Source: Octopus vulgaris
Taxonomy: Eukaryota
Reading direction: 5' to 3'
Assembly: GCA_951406725.2 (NCBI GenBank)
Contig: OX597830.1
Span: forward strand, 47,368,001-47,432,000
Length of the DNA: 64,000 nucleotides
Shown here: positions 38,736 through 50,509 of the stretch, piece by piece
Layout of the letters: the number at the start of each line of letters is the position of its first letter
Position numbering within the stretch: the first letter of the stretch is position 1
The notes under the pieces: model-generated
Databases searched by the model: none
The model's input: the letters and a program-made list of their open reading frames with translations, nothing else
Told to the model about the DNA's origin: nothing
Position numbers and translations under genes: made by a program

Positions 38736-38959
38736 CCATCTGCACTCTATCTGTAACGGCCGTGCGACAGTTCAAATATAGAACTCTGCAACGAGACAGA
38801 CACTTGGGAAGACGTGAATAACAGTGAATACGGCAACTTCTGCTGGGATAGCATGGCGTTATAATTGTGTGCTGGCAAACCAGGATCAAATGTCTAAAAT
38901 AGTTAAATACGATGATGACATTGAGAATACTGGGAGAAGACAATGGACACCAGCCAGGT

Positions 38960-39212
38960 ACCAAAGTATATAAACTTGATCTCCGACAGGTTTATAAAAT
39001 TGACATTCTACAGCAAGACGGAGTTGGATCGTAATTAAGGTCATATTAACAGAATAAATGAAGTCGCTCGGAAGAAGTGGGGGCCAGGAAAGTTTCATTT
39101 CATCTTTGCCTTTTCAAATTCATCTCATTTTTCTTTCATTCGTTTTTTATTTTTGTCCCCACATGACATGTGTTGTCCCCGCTATGTTTACCCCTTGTGG
39201 GAAATAAAGAAT
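38960..39212 (+). mobile_element. Decayed Tx1-like LINE 3' end
   Basis: Ends GTTGTCCCCGCTATGTTTACCCCTTGTGGGAAATAAAGAATA, like the termini at 34345-34390 and 18040-18068. Confidence 0.5.
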
Positions 39213-41520
39213 AACTTTGGTTCCAGACCTTTTAAGGTCTAGCCACTGACCACACAAGACAGCTGCTGTTCAGCCATCCAAGACTTTGGACCTGGAGATC
39301 TCCATTTCCAGCGACTTCGAGGGCCACCTCCCAGTGGTGTCGGGTGTCAACGAAGAGCCCTCGACTACAACAAGACGACCAAAGTATTTTTTTCCAAGGT
39401 CTGGAGTCTCCCGCCCCTAAGCCCTAGACCATCACCTAATCACCCTGACCCGTCTTGTTGCTTAACAACAACAACAGCTGCTGTTCAGCCTCACATCAAT
39501 CCAAAGTGAGCAGACCTATAATCAAAGCTATTCGAACCAGGACCACCTTGTCTTTTTAGGGATACCAAGGATTCTATCATCCAATGTATCCTTCCGTTTT
39601 TGTATTGTTTGTTTGTTTATCATTACTCAATAATTACGATTAAAATTTAATTAGATTTTACGAATTTATGTAAACAATTAATTACTTCATATGTTTCCAA
39701 ATCAAAGTTATTTATAAATAGATAACCAGTTTTTAAAAGTTACCAAAGCTGAGAAGGACCAGCAGAAACAGACCTGAGGAAAATCTTCCCGTGGACAGAA
39801 CCTAAGCAACATTGCCAGACGACTCAGTACCAAGTCCCCAGCATTTCGATAAACTTGTGATAATGTAGGTATCCTAAGAATAAAGTGTCCCACCCAGAAA
39901 TACAACGAAGCAAGAGAGAGAGAGAAAGAGAGAGGGGGTGATTTTGCTATTCACAAGTAAAGGGCAATCTAATCGAAATCCTGCCCAGTTTGATATTTCA
40001 CTTCATAAAAGGACAGAGGTTAATGATAGCAGAAACCAGAATTTTTCAATTCAACAGATAATAGTAGAAAACCACCCAGAAGGCAGTGTTCTAATTATAG
40101 TCTCTATAATGCTGTTTTGAGAAACAAGAAAGAAGTCACAGAATAAAACTACATATAGAATTACCAGTGGTCAAACTGTAGAACAGTGTTAGTAGTTGAG
40201 TATGTGTGTTTGCTCATTAAACAAACAAATGAACCTAGCAAAATTACAAGATATTAGAGGTTTCAAGACGCAACCTCCTGTCATAACATTACTCAAATGT
40301 TTGATCACTGGAATAAACTAATTATACACTGGGACAAAGAATGCTAATGCTTTGTGCAAGAACCCTTAATCAGAAAAAAATTCAAGTGTTTGGTAACTGG
40401 AATAAGTGTACAATGAGAAAAATGGAGGCAAGGGAAAGAAAAGGGGGAAAAAAAGAGAAAAAACAGGTTTTTGAGAAGGGAGAGGGAAAGTGATCAGAGA
40501 TGAGAGAAAATTAAAGGAACAGCAGAAGATTTGAAAATACCGTAAGAGCAAAGATGCGGTAATAAGAGAGAAACCCTACAGAGATGCAATTTTGATACAC
40601 TTGAAGGGTTTTGAGCCAACAAACGAAGCTCCATGTGACCACTTGCTTGAAACAGCAACCAAGACTCTCCTCCAAAGCACACTGTTATCTTAAAATAGGA
40701 GGATTGTATTGGCTACAAGATACACTATGTGAATGAACAAAGACGGAAGGGTCACAGTTGGAAGGAGGATTGTATTGGCTACTAGATACACTATGTGAAT
40801 GAACAAAGGCAGAAGGGTCACAGTTGGAATGTCTTTGATTGTGGTGTTCAATCAGAGACGATCTGGGACTCAACAACAGTAAGATTGGTTCAAAATCTTG
40901 GAGACTACAAGCTTTTATTTTTTTTATCCCCCATATTTCCAAACATACATTTACATAATTGTGTGTGAGGATGCAAAGCAGTGGTGGTGAGTTCTTCTAA
41001 ATCATTATTTCAGTTTGTTTACAAATCTAGATATTTGCTTAATTCGGAGGCCTCTCAACAAGTCGAAATAATGAATCCAGGAGTTTAAGTGTTAACAAGC
41101 TGGGTAGTGTGGAGTAGGACAAACTGATCTTTTGGACAGTGGTCATTCAAAGTAGCTGTTATATTGCTCTAATTTAATTCCATGTCCTGACTAAGTATGA
41201 AACCAAGTTTAGAGTTTCTGCTTTACTTCGTGCGTTCACCTCGTGTCTTTTTCAAGTGAACTTTTGGACTGCCTTCTAATTAGCATATTGGTTTGTTTCC
41301 TAAGTAGCGGGATACTTTTTGCACGTGGATCTTTAAGTTCTACTTTAATCAGCGTGTAGTTTTGAGTATATATTGTGTTGTATTGTCTCCATGTTGATAG
41401 TTCTATATTAAAACATAACAGTAGCCAAGAATCTGTGAGCACCAGAATGAATGAACCTCAGCGTATGAGAGAGGGAGAGAAAGAATGTGTGTGTGTTGAG
41501 AGAGTGAGTAGGGCTGTTCG

Positions 41521-41560
<40 letters not shown>

Positions 41561-42169
41561 TTGCTTTATGCAAGGATGAACCAAACAGTTGCATTAGCAC
41601 ATGGGTAGCGTTTGGACCTTTGGCATCTTGATGGCTTTTTAAACATGTTCTTGTTTCTGAATGGTGCTGCTGCCCTGGCAAGGAGTAGAGTTGAAAGATA
41701 ATGAAGGAAGTGGGAAGATGTGAAACAAAGGAAGAGAGAGAGAGAGAGATTAACTGTGACAGGGAAAGAGAAGTGAAGAACAGCAGAGAGGAAAGAGTGA
41801 AGAGGATGGGAGAAAGAGAGAGAGAAAGAAAGAAAAGCAATGAAGAAAAACAATGAAAGAATACAAAAAAAAAATTGAGAGCTACAGAATTATATCTGCT
41901 TTGTATGTTGTTAACACAGCTGAAGGGCCAAAACACACACACACACAGATATACACAGATACGTGTACACATCACTCGGAAACACTGGCAGCCAATTTTT
42001 AAGTAAATAGATTAGCACAGGAAATATTGGAATTAAATTTCTAACTTTTGATAATTTGAGGAAAAAAAAATTCCTTGCAGCATTAGAAATTTTTAATCTC
42101 TATAATTCTTCTATTTTGCTTGCTTTCTTTCTTTCTCTTTTTCTTTGTTGCTTCCAAAATTAATGTGTT

Positions 42170-42204
<35 letters not shown>

Positions 42205-43271
42205 CTATTAATAATAATGAGAATGAAGCTGCAATTGATTGTTGCCGATTCTTCTTTTTGCCAATTCGATATATATTTATTGTTTTCTACATTAGTCAGA
42301 AGAATAATTGATGCTATTGTTCTCAGTTTTTGGTCATTCTGCAAAGAAATGTTCGCAAGTAGAGAAAGGTTTTCCTTTCTGTGAGGTTATTAGTAAAAAA
42401 AAAAGACGAAAAGAAACAAGTAAAAGAAAAAAATTAAAATGTATGAAATTTGATGGACATTTATCGCTCTTGAAACCTTAATTGTTTTTTAGAATTTATT
42501 GGTATTCATTTTGGCAATGTATTAAGCAAGAGTTCTTAGTTTAGGACAAGCACTTAGCAGTATCTGTTCTAGCTCTCAGGGATCTGGTTTCAATTCCTCT
42601 CAAGGATGACTTTTCCTTTCATCCCTTCTAGGGTCAGCAAAGTGCCAATCCATAGAATTGTTAGAGTGCCAGACAAGACGCCTCGTGGTATTTGTTCTTG
42701 TTCTTTGGGCTTTGAATTCTTGGGCGGCGGATTTCGTTGTTTGCTTAAGAACCACCACTTGGTCCTTAGGTGAATTTAGTGGAAACTACTCCGCTGTAAG
42801 CATCCAGCTTCGCTTTCTAGTTTGAGGATAACTTTCTTCATTCCTCCCATTAGTCTTGGAGGCCCTGAAAGAATTATAGAGTCATGGATGTAGCTCTTTA
42901 TCCTCACTGACTAAGAGGTAAAAAAGAAAACACTAATTATTTACTATCAGCAAGTCAAATGATTCAAAGATCCCTGTTTTGTTTGCTTTCACACCAGACT
43001 CTGCCCTGTAATCCTTTACCCTTACTGGTTGAGTTCACTTAAGTCTATAGGGAAACCTCCATGTGGCAGTTCAACATTTTAGAAACAGCAGCCATATCTC
43101 CCTTAAAACAACACCCTCACCAACTTAGAAAAGGACACCATACAAAAAAGATGGATAGTATGGCCAACTGGAATGCTTTCAATGGTAACTCTGCTCAATC
43201 AGAGCAACCAAACCATCCTCAAAATTACACCTCAACTGTCTTAAAAGAAAGTAAAAATACATTAACTAATA

Positions 43272-43437
43272 AGGCGCAGGAGTGGCTGTGTGGTAAGTAG
43301 CTTGTTTACCAACCACATGGTTTCGGGTTCAGTCCCACTGCGTGGTACCTTGGGTAAGTGTCTTCTACTATAGCCTCGGGCCGACCAAAGCCTTGTGAGT
43401 GGATTTGGTAGACAGAAACTGAAAGAAGCCTGTCGTA

Positions 43438-43502
<65 letters not shown>

Positions 43503-43696
43503 CTGTGTTTGTCCCCCTAGCATTGCTTGACAACCGATGCTGGTGTGTTTATGTCCCCGTTACTTAGCGGTTCGGCAAAAGAGACCGATAAAATAAGTAC
43601 TGGGCTTACAAAAGAATAGGTCCTGGGGTCGATTTGCTCGATTAAAGGCGGTGCTTCAGCATGGCCGCAGTCAAATGACTGAAACAAGTAAAGAGT
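43272..43696 (+). mobile_element. Full-length young tRNA-headed SINE family A
   Basis: Same structure as 24781-25170, with an expanded internal (TA)n(TG)n. Confidence 0.92.
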
Positions 43697-44110
43697 AATA
43701 TAATCGAAAATACATCTAAACAGGTAGGAGAGTCATGGTTGGAATGTCTTTCATCCTAAAATGCATTCAATCATGGCTGATAGAAAGCTGAACAACGACA
43801 AGCATGGTTGCGTTGTGTCGATGGAAAGGACTCAGTCAGTCGTTTGACCTGTTAAAAAACATTGTTGAAGAAAGTGAAATAGTTTGAAATGTTTGAATGT
43901 CAATGCTTATATAAATCTGATACTTCTTCTTTCTGGCAATTATACTTCCCTACTCCAATTCATAGCATAATAATAATAATAACAACAACATAATATGAAA
44001 TATGTGTAAGTAGCATTTATGCTTTTGAAGAGTGTTTTGTAACATGACTGAATGAGAATGGATACAATAGAGAGTTGAAGCTAATTCACTCACTACCCCA
44101 CCTCTCTCTA

Positions 44111-44112
<2 letters not shown>

Positions 44113-44181
<69 letters not shown>

Positions 44182-44184
44182 TGT
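44113..44184. repeat. Long (TG)n microsatellite
   Basis: Direct reading, >30 units. Confidence 0.97.
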
Positions 44185-45113
44185 AGAATATACATACATA
44201 GTATACACATTATGGCACATATAGTATTAGCACAAGCATTTTTGTTTTTGTTTTGTTATTTTTCATTTTCCATGGCTGATTGCCTGCTAAAAGTATCTGC
44301 ATAACCATGAAATGGGTGTGGCATCTATTTTTATAATCAGGTAGACTGGTGCAGACAGCTTCACCTAGCTGTAGGAACACACACACACACTTCACATAAG
44401 TGTATATTGTACACACAAACCACCCAAAACTAACACAACATACACAAAACACACACAGAACAGAATTTGAAATCATGGCTTCTCAGTCAGTAGAGTCTGA
44501 GTGAATAAAAATTACCATCGCAAGTATTACACGTTCAATTCAGCTGACTTGTCTTTCCATGGGACAAAAGACTTTCTCAGGAAGTACCTAAACTTTACAA
44601 ACCAATGAAGGAAGCTCTATGCTTGACTTGCAAACAATAGCAGCCAAATTCCCTTCAAATCATACCCAACAAACTTAAGAAGAAAAAAAACCGATACATT
44701 GGACACTATAGTCTTGATTATCAAAAATATGGGATGGTCATGGCTGGCTGGCTCAGGACTCAACAACAATTAGATCTTGTGATTCCCTGATTCCCTGGAG
44801 AACAAACCAGAAAAGAATACAAGTCTACACTGGAATGGTTTTTAAAAAATGGTTAGATGAGTGTTTAACAGGTGAAGCAGGATCTATCCTCGTCTCTGTA
44901 ACATGGATTGATGTGGGTCAGGTGTGCATGATAACCGGCTACATGGCTATACAGCAAGAGACCAGTGCTTCTGGAAGATAAACTCACAGAGACAAGAAGG
45001 ATGAGTAACATAGGATTCTTTCACACTATGTTGTCCAATACGACCATTCTACCCAAAAGAAAAAACTGGAAAATTAGCTCAACAACTGTGATTTATAAAT
45101 CATGTTAATTCTT

Positions 45114-45335
45114 AGAAAATTACTATTTGAAAATCTCACAACGAGAGATATTCAGCAACAGTACTTTGGGGTAAAGATTGTTTGCTAACATCAGATAGCA
45201 GTCCTGGTTTAGGATGAAAATATAAGGACACAGACCGTGTCTTATAGCAAGCAGGAGACGATGTCTCCTGGGCCTAATTTCAGCAACATTTGTCCTAAAC
45301 TAGGAATGCCATGTTATGTTGGCAAACAATCTTTA
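45114..45335. mobile_element. Fold-back hairpin element, copy 3 (left arm internally deleted)
   Basis: Leader AGAAAATTACTATTTG...CAGTACTTT plus arms. TTAATTCTT at 45105-45113 and 45338-45346. Confidence 0.85.
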
Positions 45336-46851
45336 TATTAATTCTTTCCTGACATTCACTGTTCGAGTTTCCCGTTCTGTCATGTGTTCTCAGCATGGAA
45401 AGTAAAAGCGACCCCAGAACCTTATGATTTACTGTACCAGATTAAGGTTCATTTCAGAAATTAAATACAATGTAAATGCAATTCTTTTACTTGAAAGATA
45501 TGGGCATAGTTCGTACATTGCTACCAGCATACCTACAATATATTCGTACACCCCATTGCATAAAAATGGGTTGACCTCAGTTGGAATCCCTATGAGCTTA
45601 GATCTACTCAAACGAGGCCGATAGGGGCTCAACAACAATACTCGATATACTGACCCAAAGATGGATCCTTCAGTTCCAAGATATCTTTGAGATTCTATAA
45701 AATTGTGGGTGACCATCCGGTCTTTTTTGGTCAGTCTAGGACTGTATTACCCAACGTAGTTATTTTTGTCTTTAATCCTTTAAATCCCAGATACTTAAAT
45801 TTCTGAATATTACTTTTAAATTTTTACAGATGAATGAAAATAGGTTAAAATGAAAAAAATAATTATTAAAACTCCTTAACTTCAAGTAGAAATGGAAATA
45901 CTTGGTGTCCTATAAATAGAACACTGAGACAATGTGATTATAGCTTGTTTAATCCTGGAAAGATGAAAGGCAGAGTCTACCAAGGGGAACATTTGAACTT
46001 GGAATGTAAAAACAGGTGAAATGCAACTATGTCTTTTGCGCTGCATGCTTACGATTCTGCCAGCTCATTGATGAGTGAATGAGATTGTTCAAGAATAGAG
46101 AAGAAAGTAAATTAGAAGGAATTTCTGGGCAATAATGTGCATTGGAATTGGAGAGGGTTTCGGTGTGTAGTAGAGGAGAGTAAAGACTGATATTTTATGC
46201 TAAACACAAACCACAATTACACACACCATAAAATCAGACCACTGCATTTTTCGGCCAATCAACTCTCATATTTTATAAAGGAAATGGAAAAAAAATGTGT
46301 TCTGCAGCAGAGGATTTTTTTTTTTTTTTGTATATCAATGATTCACTTTGAACTATCAACACACACCTAACACTCTCACACACACACACACACACGCACA
46401 CACACACACACACACAAGGAACCTAGTAGTTAAAGTTAGAACAGGTTCATTAAAGAAATGCAATCACATCGCATTGGAAAAAAACCATGAAGCTGTTTGG
46501 TTAAGTGGAACAATGCCAAAACAAGTATTTACAGAGATGTTGTTTTTCAAGGTCAGACCAGATTGACCAGATCTATAACCAAAAGTATTCCAGCTATGAT
46601 CATCTCTTTTTTGTTACCCCCTTAAAACTAAATTATACAATGCCTGTCGATTTGAAGCAGATTTGTCTCCTATTACTAGCAAATTGTGTAACCACTTAGA
46701 GGCTTGTTCTTTTAATTCATGGCAATGCAGGTGTTGTTGTTGTTGTTGTTTGGCTGCAGGTCAATCCTGGTTGAACTGGCCTTTGATCAAAAGCATCCAA
46801 CTGGGGTTATTTAAGACTACATTATCTCATGTATCCTTCCAATTTTTTTCA

Positions 46852-47305
46852 CCCTTTCAATACCAACCCAGCTGAAACTGCCTCTGGCTCTGAGTACAAA
46901 TGACTTGTTTTCGAAAGTTCTGAATTAAAATCTTCCACCAAACCCAAGTCACAATTTATGTTCCTAACACTAGCTTAATGATAACCAAGTTATTTTACTA
47001 AATTCTTTGTTATATTTAAACTTAATTGAAAGAAGACACACAGAGCATCTCAACAGAAATGTGGTAACAAAACAGTTGAAATATATAATAGAGAAACAAT
47101 TCTTAACCCTTTTAATACCTACCTGGGTGAATCTGGCTCTGTAGTAGAAATGTCTTGTTTCCATAAGTTCTGAATTAAAATCTTCCACCAAAGCTTAGTC
47201 ATAATTTATGTTCCTGACACTAGCTTAATGATAACTAAGTTATTTTACTAAATTCTTTGTTATATTTAAAATTAATTGAAAGAAACACAGAGCATCTCAA
47301 AATAA
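46852..47305. mobile_element. Second MITE family 1 dimer, inverted relative to 19417-19888
   Basis: Reverse-complement match to both units and to the inter-unit spacer. Confidence 0.88.
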
Positions 47306-47639
47306 AGATGATAGAGCAGGCTTTGAAAGAGAAAGGTCAGCTAGTTTAGCAAGTCCAGCAACCATGTAGCGGCTTCCGTGTTTGGTCTGTGGAGGGAGAC
47401 GCAATGCATATGAATGGCAAAAAATCAGATGAAGAAGTGTCAGGGAGCAGGAAGTTGTTGGTAAATAACAGTTAATATAAAAGGATAAAGAAAAACTACA
47501 CAGACCCTACAGAGAAGAAGATCTGGCTAAAAACATGGCTACAAAATATAAATCTATGAACACTTATAAATCAGCCAGAGTAACAGCTGGGAAGTGGTGT
47601 AGTTCCAAACAGTCCCTTTCAAACGAATGCCAACTCTGG

Positions 47640-47855
47640 AAAATGGTAAAGGTGATAAAAGCAGTGATGATGGTGGTGGTGAAGATGATAAAGATGGTTA
47701 TCGAAATGGTGATAATGACAATGATATTGAATGGTGTAGTAATGGTAATGGTTATAAGGATGGTGATGATAATGATGGTGATAGCTTTAATGATAATACT
47801 GGTATTAATTTTGACAATATTGGTAGTGAGGATGATGCAGATAGTGATGCTAGAG
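47640..47855. repeat. Degenerate (GAT/GGT)n low-complexity tract
   Basis: Direct reading. Gives D/G/N-rich and M/V/I-rich ORFs in several frames. Confidence 0.85.
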
Positions 47856-47898
47856 ATAAGGAGTTTATCACTCCCTCTCTCTCCCCCCCCCCACACAC

Positions 47899-47932
<34 letters not shown>

Positions 47933-47936
47933 AACA

Positions 47937-48154
47937 TGAGGGGGTGCTGAAAGGTTCCTGACTTTGGGTAAAAAAATACAAGAAAAAAATTAATTATGAT
48001 TTTATTCAACATAATTCCCGTCTCAGATTCACACATTTATTTCAGTGGTCCTTCTTCATTTTTACTAAGCTCAATAAAAGAACTCGGAAAACTGGGCTTC
48101 CAGCCAAGCCTTTCGCGATATCCTTAAAACCAGGAACTTTTCAGCACCCTCTCG
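47937..48154. mobile_element. Tc1/mariner-type MITE
   Basis: TIRs (T/C)GAGGGGGTGCTGAAAGGTTCCTG / CAGGAACTTTTCAGCACCCTCTCG in a TA-rich context. Confidence 0.8.
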
Positions 48155-49104
48155 TTTATATATATATATATATATATATATATGCATGCAAATGTCTTTA
48201 TTTCATACTCTGATGGTTACAATGATCAACATTTGTCTACCATATTGGCATCGGCAGAATAGATCAAAGCTGGCATCAATTCTTATTTGAAGTTACTGTC
48301 CTCCTAAATGGGAAAGTGGCCAAAATGTGTCCATATATTGTGTTTTAGCAAGTTCTCTAGAGTCGAATGCCCTTCCTAACAACTTAACAGAATGTGTTAA
48401 GTGCATCTTAGCATGGTACAAGAGCCAAAGAAGTTATCATGCCTTCAACATAAGGGTCCTCTTGACCTCATGTCCTCTCCACTCACTAACCAAACACTTT
48501 ACATTGTTCAGACATAACATCATGCCAGACATTTACTAACAATAATATATATATTATAGATAATAAAATATATATATATATATTTTAAGGATTTAAGGAT
48601 ATATATATATGTATATTATATTATATTATATTATATTTACATTTTCTAGTTCAGTAGTTTTTAATCAAACTTATTAAAATATTGTTACTAGCACACAATG
48701 TAATGTTATTACAGACTCCACATTGCAAGACAAATGTATAACATTAACCTTAACAGGTTTTGTGCCAGCAGTCAACATGCTGGACCGTTGCTAATGGACA
48801 CCATTAAACATGTAGCACTGTTACTAACAGACACTATGTCAGCGGATAAACATGGAACATGTTACTGACAGGTTCCATGTCAGACAAATGTGCAGTATAG
48901 TTACTAATGGAAACTGTCACAAGATAAACATTTAAAGACAAGTACTAACAGGTTGTGTACCACCCGACATATAACAATTTACTGAGGAAAACCACCACAT
49001 GACTGACTGACCTACTAGATATAGCAGTTAAATAACCTTCAAATCACACCTCTCATCTTAAAAAGGAAGGGTACTCGAGATGGTTATGGTTAGAATGATT
49101 ACCT

Positions 49105-49346
49105 GGTACTACTAGCGAACAGTGGTCCCGGTGCACTCACGCGCACATCTGCGCTGGCTAGTCGTAAGTAGTCGATCCTAAATAATTTTTTAAACTAATT
49201 AAATAAATTATTTTTATAAACAAACTAAGGTTAGGGTTAGGATTAGGGTTAAAAAGTCGTTGTAGGATTGACTACTTACGACTGGCTAGCGTGGATGTGC
49301 GAGTGCGCATGTGCGTGCACCGGGACCACTGTTCACTAGTAGTACC
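49105..49346. mobile_element. MITE with ~75-bp TIRs, 9-bp TSD (Mutator-like) and internal TTAGGG units
   Basis: GGTACTACTAG.GAACAGTGGTCCCGGTGCAC / GTGCACCGGGACCACTGTTC.CTAGTAGTACC. TGATTACCT at 49096-49104 and TGATTACCC at 49347-49355. Confidence 0.85.
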
Positions 49347-50323
49347 TGATTACCCATTCTGGGACTAAACAAAAATAACATGAAAATAAAATAAATGTGT
49401 ATTACAATTATTAACGTGTTTTTATATCCCCAGATTTACAAACACATCACCAGAGAAATGAGTGGCACAATCACCAACGAATATATAATCACTACATCAC
49501 ATTGTGCAACAACACTACTAACCAGACCACTGCTTCCCGTCCGGGGGCCATGCAAGATTTTGCTGTTAAAATCTATGGATAATAAACTGGTTCTATTTTC
49601 TATTATACACAATATATACAATTCCTAATAATGTTTAATCATAAAAATATACGAGGAGTTTTTTTTAGACATTGAACAGCTATGAGGCCCCCACCACACA
49701 CACACATGCACATTCCTGAGCAAAATAGGAATCAAAAGGGGTCTATAGGCAAAAAATGGTTGTGAAGCACTGAACTAGACAAATATGTAACACCGAAACT
49801 AACAGGTTACTTGTTGCCAAAACGAAATGTGTAAGAACAGTGTTTCTAACCAGACAAATGTGTAACTGTTATGAACAGACACCATGTCACCAGATAAATG
49901 CTGGCGGCTCTTGAATCAACTCAGAAAAACAAATTAAATCTGAAACGTGATATACATACATACATACACACATGCATATGTGCGTGTGTGTGTGTGTGTG
50001 TATGAAATAACCAGTAAGTTTCCCCGAGTGTTTATTGGTCCAGCAGCTAGCACATTCTGAAAGAGAACTTAACAAAAATGTCCAGGAGTGTCAATTCCAG
50101 CCAAGATTATTATTTATGCCATTAAACTCATCAACTCGAAGCATTTATATTTTAATTGCTAATCAGGAATGAAACATTACCATATTGCCATCAAAGACAA
50201 AATCTCATTGGAGCCAATTTTATATTTCATCAAAAAAACTAAGGAATCACTCAAGTGCTGGGATCAATGTGATTAGCTACAACCCAGCCCACGATATTTT
50301 GGTCTGGTGCCTAGGAAAGGAAT

Positions 50324-50509
50324 TCATCATCATCGTCGTTTAACGTCCGTTCTCCATGCTAGCATGGGTTGGACGGTTCGACCGGGGTTCTGGGAAGCCA
50401 GAAGGCTGCACCAGGCTCCAGTCTAATCTGGCAATGTTTCTACAGCTGGATGCCCTTCCTAACGCCAACCACTCCGTGAGTGTAGTGGGTGCTTTTTACG
50501 TGCCACCTG
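50324..50509 (-). mobile_element. Young 5'-truncated RTE 3' end
   Basis: (CAT)n tail, then a close reverse-complement match to 6735-6915. CpGs intact. Confidence 0.85.

Noticed and set aside
47535-48036. D/G/N-rich or hydrophobic ORFs resembling matrix or membrane proteins
   Set aside because: Degenerate trinucleotide tract open in several frames, with no splice or homology support.
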